A stretch of 64,000 bases of DNA from a virus. Its lineage: Duplodnaviria; Heunggongvirae; Uroviricota; Caudoviricetes. A program made the translations under genes and the position numbers. Every line of letters begins with the position of its first letter. Positions within the stretch are counted from its first letter, which is position 1. Below are positions 1-9,050 of the stretch, in pieces. The stretch lies in the IMG/VR virus record IMGVR_UViG_3300027708_003081; one strand, 5' to 3'. The notes under the pieces were generated by a model. It did no database searches. It was given only the letters and a program-made list of their open reading frames with translations, and was not told where the DNA came from.

Positions 1-2
1 GA

Positions 3-743
3 AAAAAAATTGAATTAAGTATCGAATCGGACAACTCTCTTTTGGCGAAAACATTAGATGAACTTTTTAGAAATGAAGCGAGTAATATGATTGATTATTT
101 TCATACATATCTTAATGAAGAAATTAGAATAACCGCCAAAGAGTCAATCAGTACAGAATTAAACGACTTTTTAAATAAAATTGGTTTTAAATTATACAGG
201 AATTTTGATATGCTCATATCAACCCCCGCAAATCTTTTAATGTGGTATTTGAGACTTAATGAGAAAGATTTAGATTTTGAAGATTTATTTACCAAAATTT
301 GTGAATTTACAATGAGTGATTCAAGAGGAAGAGAAAGACTTGGTGGATGGAATGAAAACCAATATGAGTTTAGAGACTCCGACAATTTTGATGATGTTGC
401 ATTTAATAGAGGAATTGAAACCCAACTTGATAGAATAATTGAAAAACTTGAGGAAGATGAAGATACTCTTAGAGTTAGTCAGATTTATAAGCAAATATTT
501 GAGATGGGGTATGATTTACAAAGGTGGGAAGAACTACCGAAAGATAATAAATATAAATTTAGAATTGAAAGCGTTGATAGAGACACATTAAAAATAAGAG
601 TTAAGTTGTCTCAAACTCCTTATGATTGGAATGATGAGGGAACACTTAGGAGCGTTGATATTGAAGGATTAAAATTACTATTAAATCACCCCGAATTATT
701 CAAATTGCAAGAAAATATAATTAAAAAATTAAGAAAGTTTTAA
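3..743 (+). CDS. Hypothetical protein, probably 5'-truncated by the window edge
   Basis: The frame of ORF 42..743 stays open back to the window start; no recognisable motif. Confidence 0.6.
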   Translation, partial: KKIELSIESDNSLLAKTLDELFRNEASNMIDYFHTYLNEEIRITAKESISTELNDFLNKIGFKLYRNFDMLISTPANLLMWYLRLNEKDLDFEDLFTKICEFTMSDSRGRERLGGWNENQYEFRDSDNFDDVAFNRGIETQLDRIIEKLEEDEDTLRVSQIYKQIFEMGYDLQRWEELPKDNKYKFRIESVDRDTLKIRVKLSQTPYDWNDEGTLRSVDIEGLKLLLNHPELFKLQENIIKKLRKF

Positions 744-761
744 TTATTCACATTTTTTACC

Positions 762-769
762 TATCTTTG
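762..769 (+). promoter_or_regulatory. Bacteroidota housekeeping-sigma -7 element (TAnnTTTG)
   Basis: TATCTTTG, 17 nt upstream of the peptidase ATG. Confidence 0.55.
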
Positions 770-786
770 TATCAAACAAATATTAA

Positions 787-1626
787 ATGATACAAAATTT
801 AGAATTATTAAAAGAGGTTCTTTCAGTTCCCACCAAAACATATAAAGAAGAAAAGATGATTATCTATCTGTTAAATTGGTTAACGGAAAATAACATCAAC
901 CATTATATGGATGATTATGGTAATGTTTATGCGACCAAGAAGGAACAAGAAGTTTCAGATGACTTTTATTTTCCTTGTGTAATTTCCCACACAGATACTG
1001 TTCACAATCTTGATACAATAAATGTTAGAGAAGAGATGTTAAAAAATGCTCAAGGTGAATTAAAACCATCTTTTAAGGCGTATAATGATAATAATGTTCC
1101 AACAGGAATTGGTGGTGATGATAAATGTGGTGTATTTGCCTGTCTAACACTTTTACAAGAATTACCATATGTGAAAGCAGCGTTTTTTGTTTCAGAAGAA
1201 ACGGGATGTCACGGCTCACGAATGGCAGACCCAACTTTTTTTGAAAATGTTGGATATGGTATTCAATTTGATGCACCTGAAAATTGGATGATTACTGAAC
1301 AGTGTTTTGGAAATGTCCTTTTTGATAGAGATTCTGACTTTTTTGAGAAATGTGATAAGGTATTAACCGAAGGAATGGATAATGATAGAATGAGATATAT
1401 GGTTCATCCTTATACTGATGTTTATGCTTTATCAGACAAATTTGATTTTGCTTGTATCAACTTCTCAATTGGATATTATGACTATCATACAAGAAATGAA
1501 TATGTGGTGATTGAGGATGTTTATAACGGAATTGAGATAGGTAAACAGATGATTGAATCTCTCGGATATGTTAAACACAAAAAACGACAGGACGAGAAGA
1601 AAAGAACTTACAGTTCAATATTTTAA
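787..1626 (+). CDS. Zn-dependent peptidase, M28/M20/M42-like clan
   Basis: Metal-ligand motifs SHTDTV, GGDDKCG, SEETG and C-terminal YHT. Confidence 0.8.
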   Translation: MIQNLELLKEVLSVPTKTYKEEKMIIYLLNWLTENNINHYMDDYGNVYATKKEQEVSDDFYFPCVISHTDTVHNLDTINVREEMLKNAQGELKPSFKAYNDNNVPTGIGGDDKCGVFACLTLLQELPYVKAAFFVSEETGCHGSRMADPTFFENVGYGIQFDAPENWMITEQCFGNVLFDRDSDFFEKCDKVLTEGMDNDRMRYMVHPYTDVYALSDKFDFACINFSIGYYDYHTRNEYVVIEDVYNGIEIGKQMIESLGYVKHKKRQDEKKRTYSSIF

Positions 1627-1632
1627 TTTAAA

Positions 1633-1662
1633 TCCCCACTCTTATTAGAAGGTGGGGTTTTT
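1633..1662. terminator. Intrinsic terminator between convergent genes
   Basis: CCCCAC...GTGGGG stem followed by a T-tract. Confidence 0.55.
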
Positions 1663-2061
1663 TATTTCTTTCAAAAGATTTAAAAGATTATCGTCACCAT
1701 ATTTTATTATTAATTTTTTAAAAAGCTTGTAAGATTTAGTATTTATTATCTTTTTTTTAGATAAATTATCAAATTTAGTCACCCATTCTAAATTTTCTAA
1801 TCTATTGTCGGCAACATTCCAGTTAATATGATTAACCTCCATATTTTTAATATCTTCAATTTCATTAAAACAGGATAATACTAATCTGTGTAACTCAAAA
1901 TAATACATATTTTTTTTATATGTTATTGTTATTCTCATATAACCTGTTTTTTTATGTAGTCTTGGTTTTAAAATTCTACCGGTTTTATTATTTTTAACTC
2001 TGCCCAAATTTGATACCGAATAGAGATTATCTAATTTTTTTATTTCAATCCATTTTTCCAT
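1645..2061 (-). CDS. NUMOD4 + HNH homing endonuclease
   Basis: N-terminal W...YSVSNLGRVK (NUMOD4); HRLV...VNHINWNVADNRLENLEWVT (HNH_3). Confidence 0.88.
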   Translation of the reverse strand: MEKWIEIKKLDNLYSVSNLGRVKNNKTGRILKPRLHKKTGYMRITITYKKNMYYFELHRLVLSCFNEIEDIKNMEVNHINWNVADNRLENLEWVTKFDNLSKKKIINTKSYKLFKKLIIKYGDDNLLNLLKEIKNPTF

Positions 2062-2083
2062 ATTTATAAATATCTTAAAATAT

Positions 2084-2109
2084 AAAAAAAGGGGAACATT
2101 TGTTCCCCT
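2084..2109 (-). terminator. Intrinsic terminator of the ClpC gene
   Basis: AGGGGAACA/TGTTCCCCT hairpin with an A-tract on its left (U-tract on the minus strand). Confidence 0.75.
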
Positions 2110-2119
2110 GATAAAAAAA

Positions 2120-4177
2120 TTAATCTACTTTCTTTTTTCTACTAACTCTTTTTGGTTTTTCCTCAACAACCAACTCTTCATTTATATTGACTTGTTCTTC
2201 TGAAACACTCAACATATAAGTTTTGTCCTCAAATACTTTACCAAGTAACACCTCCTCTGATAAGAAATCCTCAACTTTGTCTTGGATTGCTCTTTTGAGT
2301 GGTCTTGCACCAAATGCCTCATCATAACCAACCTTGGTGAGATAATCAACAAGCGTATCGTCATATTTGATAACATATTTCATATCCAACAAACGAGTCA
2401 TCAGTTTATCCAACTCAATTCGGGTGATTTTCTTAATGTCGTCAGGAGACAACGTGTTGAAGACAATCGTGTCATCAATCCTGTTGATAAATTCAGGTGC
2501 GAAAAACGCTTTCATTTCTTTCATCAACATTTGTTTTTTGGCTTCTTCGTTGCTATAAGCATTTGAACTAAAACCAATACCTGTTCCGAAGTCCTGAAGT
2601 TTTTTAACCCCAAGGTTTGATGTAAGGATAATCAAGGTGTTTTTGAAGTTGATTTTTCTACCCAAACTATCTGTTACGTGTCCATCATCAAGTATTTGAA
2701 GTAGAACCGTAAACACGTCCTTATGAGCTTTCTCAACTTCATCAAACAAGATTACCGAATATGGTTTATTTTTAACTTTTTCGGTTAAAAGTCCACCTTC
2801 TTCATATCCAACATAACCCGGAGGTGCTCCTACTAATTTAGATACAGTATGTTTCTCTTGGTATTCAGACATATCAACTCTGATAAGTGAATCCTCACTA
2901 CCAAAAATCTCTTTTGCCAGTTGCTTTGCCAGATAGGTCTTACCAACACCTGTTGAACCAAGAAATACAAATGAACCAATTGGACGATTTGGGTCTTTGA
3001 TACCTAATCTGTTTCTTTTGATAGATTTCGCAATCTTAATAACCGCATTATTCTGTCCAATAACCTTATCAATTAAGGATTTATCAAGATTTATAAGTGC
3101 CTTGTTATCGTCAACATTCATTTTACTCACAGGAATATTAGTCATAGTCGATACAACAGAATAGACATCTTCAACAGATATTTTTTGTTTATCTTTTTGC
3201 ATTTGTTCTTCAAACTTCTTTTTTTCGGCGTCTAACTTGGTTATAAGTTTTTTCTCTTTGTCTCTTAACTCTGCAGCTTTCTCGTATTGTTGTCTTTTAA
3301 CAACGTCAACTTTTAATTGTTTCAATTCCGCAGCTTGTTTTTTCAATACCTCAATTTCTTCAGGAACTTTTAGTTCGGTTTGCATTCTCGCCCCAACTTC
3401 ATCCAAAATATCAAATGCTTTATCAGGAAAACCTCTATCCGTGATATATCTATCGGCAAGTTTAACACAAGCTTCAATTACTTCATCACTATAATTCACC
3501 TTGTGATAGGTTTCATATTTTTCTCTTATGTTTTTGAGAATCTCAATTGTTTCCTTAACTGATGAAGGTTCAACAATTATTTTTTGGAATCTGCGCTCTA
3601 ATGCACCATCTTTTTCAATATTCTTTCTGAACTCATTTAATGTGGTTGCACCGATGCATTGGAGCTCACCACGAGCAAGAGCAGGTTTAAAGATGTTGGA
3701 GCCGTCCATAGAACCTGAAGAGTTTCCAGAACCAACCAAAGTATGAATCTCGTCAATAAAGACAATAATGTTTGGATTGTTGTGGAGTTCTTCCATAATA
3801 ACTTTCAATCTTTCCTCAAATTGTCCTCTGTATTTTGTACCAGCAACAACGGAAGTCAAATCAAGTTCAACAATTCTTTTATCAACCAAATTTCTCGGGC
3901 AATCACCATTATAGATTTTAATTGCCAATCCCTCAACAATTGCAGTCTTACCACAACCTGGGTCACCAATAATAATCGGGTTATTTTTCTTTCTGCGAGA
4001 TAAAATCTGTGCGATACGTAGGATTTCTTTTTCTCTACCAATAACAGGGTCTAATTTACCTTGTTCGGCAAGTTTAATTAAATCTCTACTGAAATTATCT
4101 AACACAGGTGTATCACTTTCTGATGAGGTTTTTTTCTTACTCATCATTTTTTCGTCATCATCCATTAGTTCATTCAT
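2120..4177 (-). CDS. clpC: ClpC-type AAA+ chaperone/protease ATPase lacking the N-terminal domain
   Basis: Two AAA+ modules ([15 protein letters not shown]; [16 protein letters not shown]), GYVG pore loop, UVR-like middle domain [15 protein letters not shown] ClpP-docking loop. Confidence 0.92.
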   Translation of the reverse strand: MNELMDDDEKMMSKKKTSSESDTPVLDNFSRDLIKLAEQGKLDPVIGREKEILRIAQILSRRKKNNPIIIGDPGCGKTAIVEGLAIKIYNGDCPRNLVDKRIVELDLTSVVAGTKYRGQFEERLKVIMEELHNNPNIIVFIDEIHTLVGSGNSSGSMDGSNIFKPALARGELQCIGATTLNEFRKNIEKDGALERRFQKIIVEPSSVKETIEILKNIREKYETYHKVNYSDEVIEACVKLADRYITDRGFPDKAFDILDEVGARMQTELKVPEEIEVLKKQAAELKQLKVDVVKRQQYEKAAELRDKEKKLITKLDAEKKKFEEQMQKDKQKISVEDVYSVVSTMTNIPVSKMNVDDNKALINLDKSLIDKVIGQNNAVIKIAKSIKRNRLGIKDPNRPIGSFVFLGSTGVGKTYLAKQLAKEIFGSEDSLIRVDMSEYQEKHTVSKLVGAPPGYVGYEEGGLLTEKVKNKPYSVILFDEVEKAHKDVFTVLLQILDDGHVTDSLGRKINFKNTLIILTSNLGVKKLQDFGTGIGFSSNAYSNEEAKKQMLMKEMKAFFAPEFINRIDDTIVFNTLSPDDIKKITRIELDKLMTRLLDMKYVIKYDDTLVDYLTKVGYDEAFGARPLKRAIQDKVEDFLSEEVLLGKVFEDKTYMLSVSEEQVNINEELVVEEKPKRVSRKKKVD

Positions 4178-4229
4178 AATTTATAATTTTTACAAAGGTT
4201 CATCAAATTTTGGACATTACCAAACTTTT

Positions 4230-4300
4230 TGTCAAATTGTCCTGAAAATTTTCTATGTATGTCATTTTGTCATAATATGTTCTGTTGGCACATAACTTGA
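4230..4300 (+). promoter_or_regulatory. Sigma54-like -24/-12 promoter with two upstream TGTCA-N3-TGTC(A/C) boxes
   Basis: TGGCAC-ATAAC-TTGA at 4286-4300 (GG-N10-GA); TGTCAAATTGTCC at 4230-4242 and TGTCATTTTGTCA at 4260-4272. Confidence 0.55.
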
Positions 4301-4347
4301 CTAATCAAAGATAATTAAATAAATTTAAAAAACAAAACAAAAAAATT

Positions 4348-4734
4348 ATGATTTACTTGAATTCACATTTCGACAAATTTTTTGATGGGTTTTTCGCACA
4401 ACCTACTTATAGTAATATGGTTGTTAAAAATTCAGATAAAGAACCTTATGAGGTAAACTACACCAAAGACGGAGCTTACTTATTCTTTGATGTTCCTGGC
4501 TTTAATAAGTCAAATTTAAAAGTAGAAATGGAAGGGGGAGTTCTTTACCTTGATGGTAAAAGAACATATAAATTAAATGGTGAAGACACAGAAAAAGTTA
4601 TTTCACAAAAATTTAGAATCGGACAAGAATATAACCCCGACAACATCGAAGCAACAATTGAAGATGGTATACTTACCGTATTTGTTGCAAACTACAAGAA
4701 AACGGAAAAGAAAAAAAGAATAAGTTTGTTGTAA
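4348..4734 (+). CDS. Small heat-shock protein (Hsp20/alpha-crystallin)
   Basis: DVPGFNKSNLKV...IEATIEDGILTV and a C-terminal IxI-like motif; 128 aa. Confidence 0.88.
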   Translation: MIYLNSHFDKFFDGFFAQPTYSNMVVKNSDKEPYEVNYTKDGAYLFFDVPGFNKSNLKVEMEGGVLYLDGKRTYKLNGEDTEKVISQKFRIGQEYNPDNIEATIEDGILTVFVANYKKTEKKKRISLL

Positions 4735-4739
4735 TCATT

Positions 4740-4762
4740 AACCCCCTTAAATGGGGGTTTTT
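4740..4762 (+). terminator. Intrinsic terminator after hsp20
   Basis: AACCCCC-TTAAAT-GGGGGTT followed by Ts. Confidence 0.75.
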
Positions 4763-4794
4763 AATTTTATGGGGTATTTATTATAAAAAATGTT

Positions 4795-5298
4795 ATGGCA
4801 AGGATAATAAGAATAACAGAAAATGATTTAGTAAAAATTGTTAAAAGAGTAATAAAAGAACAACCTGGTCTTTTTGATGTTGCTTCAGACCCAGCTTTAG
4901 CGGGTGTTATCTTTACTCCAGGAATAGAGAAAGGAGGATGTAAAAAAGAAAATCCTGCAAAAAATAAATTAAGTCAACTTCTTACTTATTGCGGTAAAAT
5001 TCAACCTGATTCAAATACTACTAAAATAAAGGCGTGGAATGACAGATTATACAAGTCTATGAAAGGGAGAGGAACAAATGAAGATTTTATTAAAGTATTA
5101 GATGAAATTAAAACGGTTAATGAATTATCAGCAATTTGGAAAACATTTAAATATGATAATCAAAATCTTTGGCGATGGATGGAAGGTGAGATGAAGTATA
5201 ATTGGGATGACACTTGGAATCGATTAAAAAAATTCCAAACAATTGCTAAAATACCAACTTGTTTAGAATATAATAAAAATACGACAACAAACTCATAA
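4795..5298 (+). CDS. Putative head-internal protein: conserved N-terminal leader plus annexin-like repeat
   Basis: Leader RIIRITENDLVKIVKRVIKEQ; LYKSMKGRGTNEDFIKVL resembles the annexin LxKAMKGxGTDE motif. Confidence 0.55.
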   Translation: MARIIRITENDLVKIVKRVIKEQPGLFDVASDPALAGVIFTPGIEKGGCKKENPAKNKLSQLLTYCGKIQPDSNTTKIKAWNDRLYKSMKGRGTNEDFIKVLDEIKTVNELSAIWKTFKYDNQNLWRWMEGEMKYNWDDTWNRLKKFQTIAKIPTCLEYNKNTTTNS

Positions 5299-5307
5299 TA
5301 TAGTAAG

Positions 5308-5643
5308 ATGAAACTAAAACCATTTGAGAAATTTTTAAAGTATAGTGATTTTGATAAAAAATTCCTCTCAATTTACAAAGAGTTAAGGGAATTATTTCAA
5401 AGATACGAATGGAGTGAAAAAGATTTGGAGAAACCTCCATTTTATACAGAAGAATTGATGAGGTTGCATCACACTATGCAAAATGAAAAATTGACTTTAT
5501 TTAACGACTTAAAATCTTATTTTGATATTACTTGGGAAGAATTTGAAGAATATATGATTCCAAAGTTAAAACAAATAAACGAATTAACACCTTTAAAAGA
5601 TGGCAGTAAAAAGAGAGATGATAGATGGGACGAAGATTATTAA
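5308..5643 (+). CDS. Hypothetical protein
   Basis: 111-aa ORF in tight operon spacing. Confidence 0.6.
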   Translation: MKLKPFEKFLKYSDFDKKFLSIYKELRELFQRYEWSEKDLEKPPFYTEELMRLHHTMQNEKLTLFNDLKSYFDITWEEFEEYMIPKLKQINELTPLKDGSKKRDDRWDEDY

Positions 5644-5842
5644 TGAAATTGAGTCCTCAAACATTAAAAAAACAACATTTGATACAGAGACAAAATCACT
5701 TATTACAGAATTTAATAACGGGTTAGTTTATGAGTATGAAAATGTCCCCCACCAAATCTACACAAAATTTAGAACCGCAGAATCTCAAGGAAAATTTTTT
5801 ATGGCTGAAATAGCAAAAAAATACAAATATAAAAAACTCTAA
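5600..5842 (+). CDS. KTSC-domain protein
   Basis: ESSNI...FD...L..EFNNG.VYEYENVP..IY..F..AESQGKFF pattern. Confidence 0.85.
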   Translation: MAVKREMIDGTKIINEIESSNIKKTTFDTETKSLITEFNNGLVYEYENVPHQIYTKFRTAESQGKFFMAEIAKKYKYKKL

Positions 5843-5863
5843 TTATCCAACTATTTATTATTA

Positions 5864-6604
5864 ATGAAAGATTTTCAAAAAATATTGAATAGTTTTGAAG
5901 TTAGGGATACTCTAAATCCCAAAGTTTGGGAAAATTCCGCAGAACCAAAAAAAGCAAAACTTAAAAATAATATTAGAACAAAATTATTAAAAATTGCTGA
6001 TGAATTTTCTGATGAATTGGGTGAAGATGTATTCATAGTAGATATTCATTTAATGGGTTCATTAGCCAATTTTAATTGGTCGGAATATTCAGATTTTGAC
6101 TTACACCTTTTAGTTGATTTTGAAGGTTTAGATAATCCTGAGCTTTATAAAGAAATGTTTGATTTGAAAAAAGATGCATTTAATGATAAACATGATATAA
6201 AAATTTATGGTTTTGATGTTGAGGTTTACGCCCAAGATGCAAAAGATGAAAAATTTAGTGAAGGTATATATTCTGTAATGTATGATGAGTGGGTTAATGT
6301 TCCGCCAAAAAAACATAAGAATATTGATATGGAATTATTAAAAACCAAAATTAAAACTTGGACATCAAAGATAGATAAGGCTCTTGAAGAAGCCAAAGAG
6401 GGAAATGATGGGAAAAAATTAAAAGACTTAAAAGAAAAGATTAAAGAATATAGACAATCAGGTTTAGAAAAAGAAGGGGAACTTTCTTATGAAAATTTGG
6501 TTTTTAAGTATTTGAGACGTTCAGGGTATATCGGTAGGTTATTTGAACTTAAAACAAAACTTAAAGATAAAGAATTATCTATTGAAAGAAAAACGATAGA
6601 ATAA
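5864..6604 (+). CDS. Pol-beta-superfamily nucleotidyltransferase
   Basis: GS...SDFDLH motif (MGSLANFNWSEYSDFDLH), third acidic residue in DVEVY, helical C-terminal domain. Confidence 0.75.
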   Translation: MKDFQKILNSFEVRDTLNPKVWENSAEPKKAKLKNNIRTKLLKIADEFSDELGEDVFIVDIHLMGSLANFNWSEYSDFDLHLLVDFEGLDNPELYKEMFDLKKDAFNDKHDIKIYGFDVEVYAQDAKDEKFSEGIYSVMYDEWVNVPPKKHKNIDMELLKTKIKTWTSKIDKALEEAKEGNDGKKLKDLKEKIKEYRQSGLEKEGELSYENLVFKYLRRSGYIGRLFELKTKLKDKELSIERKTIE

Positions 6605-6665
6605 AATATTTACTATTTATTGTATATTTATAAAGAAAAATTAAAATAATTTAAAAACTCAAAAT

Positions 6666-7895
6666 ATGGGAGACTTAAAACCGCTCGGAAGTGAAAAATT
6701 GGAAGGGCAAGAAAAAATCAAGAGAATAATTGAACTCTCAAGATATAATGAAAATAGACCATCCAACATCAACGAAACATCTAGGTCAGAATATGGGATT
6801 AGTTTAGCAGATGGAAATAACTATGAAATTGTAAAAGAAAAACAGGGTTATATCATCAAAAAAACAATTTCTGAATCTGCGACTGATTATATTGAACCTA
6901 TGAAAAACAGAAAGTATTATTCTTCGTATTCTCAGGCTCTAAAAAGATTAAATCTTTTAACAAAAGAAGTTAATAGATTGACTGAGAATGAAGAAGGTAC
7001 TTCTTTATTTGGAGAACAAAAAAAGTTTGTTTTAAAAACTCCAAAATCTGCTCCGGCAGGAGATGAACCTATTGCGGAACTTCCTCCACCATCAGAACCA
7101 CCAGCAGTACCAACACCTGAATTACCAGCTTCACCTGATGCAACACCTCCTTCACCTGAAGGGGCTGAAATACCAACAGGAGATATGGAAGGAGGAGATA
7201 TGCCTGATATGGGTGATATGGGAGGCGATGAAGGAATGCCTGATATGGGTGAAAAAGAAGAAGAAGTTACATTCAAATCAATTCAAAAACTTACAGGTAA
7301 ATTAACCCAGAAAATGAGAGAATTTGATAATGAAAAAGGATTAACATCTGAGAATATTAAGTACGTTATTAATATGGTTTTATCTGCCGCTGATTTGAAA
7401 AATTTATCAGAAGAAGATAAGGAAGATATTATTTCAAAATTTGACGAAGAAGAAGGGATGGAAGATATGGGCGGAGAAGAAGAAATACCTGATATTCCTG
7501 ATATGGGCGGAGAAGATACGGGAGGTGAAATGCCTGATATGGGTACAGAACCTGAAGGAGAGATGGGTGAAATGTATCATTCAATAATTGATAGCATTTT
7601 TGGTGAGTCAAAAATTGATAAAGTTATTTCAAAATATTTCCAAGTTTCAGATAAAGAACAAAGAATGATTAAAGAAAGTCAACAAAAAAGAAAATTAGTT
7701 ACTAAATCTGATGCAAAAAGAAAAATGAAAGACGTTATCAAATTAAGTGAAACTATTGAACAAGAACTTGCATCACAAAAATTTTTAGAAGAAAATCGTA
7801 CCTTTGTTTTTGTTGGTAAAACAAATAAGAAAAATTTGGTTTTTGAAAATAAAGATAAACAAATTAAAATTTCACCTGAAGGACTTGTTCTATGA
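6666..7895 (+). CDS. Acidic, Pro/Gly-rich low-complexity protein, probably head-associated
   Basis: 409 aa with MPDMG repeats and a Pro-rich linker; lies upstream of the terminase. Confidence 0.55.
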   Translation: MGDLKPLGSEKLEGQEKIKRIIELSRYNENRPSNINETSRSEYGISLADGNNYEIVKEKQGYIIKKTISESATDYIEPMKNRKYYSSYSQALKRLNLLTKEVNRLTENEEGTSLFGEQKKFVLKTPKSAPAGDEPIAELPPPSEPPAVPTPELPASPDATPPSPEGAEIPTGDMEGGDMPDMGDMGGDEGMPDMGEKEEEVTFKSIQKLTGKLTQKMREFDNEKGLTSENIKYVINMVLSAADLKNLSEEDKEDIISKFDEEEGMEDMGGEEEIPDIPDMGGEDTGGEMPDMGTEPEGEMGEMYHSIIDSIFGESKIDKVISKYFQVSDKEQRMIKESQQKRKLVTKSDAKRKMKDVIKLSETIEQELASQKFLEENRTFVFVGKTNKKNLVFENKDKQIKISPEGLVL

Positions 7896-8287
7896 GTTAT
7901 CTAATTTATGTTAATGGTTTGGGACCAAACTTTAAAGGTGATAACATTTATGAATTTATTTTTTCGGATGAACAAGAAGTTTGGGGAGATGGATGGGATA
8001 GTAAACCTTGTAATGGTTACCCTTTACCACCTGAACTAAAATATATTACAAAAGTAGGAGTTTTGAGGGACACTAACATAAAGTTGGAGTTAATTCAAAA
8101 CTCCGATTATTTTTCGATGATTGATGCTGTTGATGGGGTTGTCGCTTTAGCGTGGGAAGAGGATGATACGGTTAAACAACCGAGAATGGTTTTTAGGTTT
8201 AATGATACAGAACAAAAAATAAAAGATTTATTATACGAAAAGGATTTAATCCTTGAGTTTGAAAAAAAAGTTGTATATGAAAAATAA
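7892..8287 (+). CDS. Hypothetical protein
   Basis: 131-aa ORF with an ATGA overlap to the upstream gene. Confidence 0.65.
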   Translation: MSYLIYVNGLGPNFKGDNIYEFIFSDEQEVWGDGWDSKPCNGYPLPPELKYITKVGVLRDTNIKLELIQNSDYFSMIDAVDGVVALAWEEDDTVKQPRMVFRFNDTEQKIKDLLYEKDLILEFEKKVVYEK

Positions 8288-9050
8288 TATAAAGGCACTT
8301 CAACTGATAAAATCAGGATTATCATCCAAGACTGTTTCAAAGTTAACAGAATCTCAAATTGATGAGTTACATAGTAAAATGATTGGTGAACAAATTACCA
8401 CATTACCATCTCAACCGTCTTATAAAGTTGGAGATAAAGGGGGGACACTACCTGCTAGTGATAAAGGTTACGCAATTAAAAAAAATCCTTTAGATAACTC
8501 CATAACCGCAACAAAAATGGAAGGAGAAATGGAGGAGGGTAAAAATAAAGTTAAAAAATCTGAACCTAATCCTTGGGCAATATGTCACTCTCAAGTTGGA
8601 CCTAAAAAAACAAGAAAATTTGAAAGATGCGTTCAAGCAGTAAAAAAAAGTTTGAAAGAAGGAAAAAATCCTGTATCTTTGTTTTTAGAAAACGAAATTA
8701 TGAGAATAGTAGAAAAACATATACCACCAAGAATCAGTAAAGGTGATTTATTACAATATCTTTCAGAAGATACAACAACCGCACCTACAAAACCGGTGAC
8801 AAAACCTACAACTAGACCAAGACCAATAAGTCCCGGTCAAAATCCAAATCCTGGTGAGAAAGAAGCTCCAAGGGCGAATACAACAACTGCACCAACAAAA
8901 CCAATAACAAAACCTACAACTAGACCAAGACCAATAAGTCCCGGTCAAAATCCAAATCCTGGTGAGAAAGAAGCTCCAAGAGCAATTTCACCTGAAAGAG
9001 CAAAAACTGAAGTAATTAACGCAATAATGAAAATTTTAGACAATGAATAA
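8277..9050 (+). CDS. Hypothetical protein with an NPWAIC..C motif and a duplicated Pro/Thr-rich segment
   Basis: ORF track gives 8253..9050; ATG at 8277 is the more likely start. Confidence 0.6.
   Translation: MKNNIKALQLIKSGLSSKTVSKLTESQIDELHSKMIGEQITTLPSQPSYKVGDKGGTLPASDKGYAIKKNPLDNSITATKMEGEMEEGKNKVKKSEPNPWAICHSQVGPKKTRKFERCVQAVKKSLKEGKNPVSLFLENEIMRIVEKHIPPRISKGDLLQYLSEDTTTAPTKPVTKPTTRPRPISPGQNPNPGEKEAPRANTTTAPTKPITKPTTRPRPISPGQNPNPGEKEAPRAISPERAKTEVINAIMKILDNE
8772..8983 (+). repeat. 108-bp tandem direct repeat, 2 copies, in frame (36 aa)
   Basis: TTTAPTKP(V/I)TKPTTRPRPISPGQNPNPGEKEAPRA twice; copies start at 8772 and 8880. Confidence 0.95.

Noticed and set aside
2282-4041. Several short ORFs overlapping clpC
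   Set aside because: Shadow ORFs of a well-conserved gene with no motifs
8772-8983. Possible DGR template/variable repeat pair or attachment site
   Set aside because: Copies are adjacent and in frame, differences are not adenine-specific, and no reverse transcriptase or integrase is in the window
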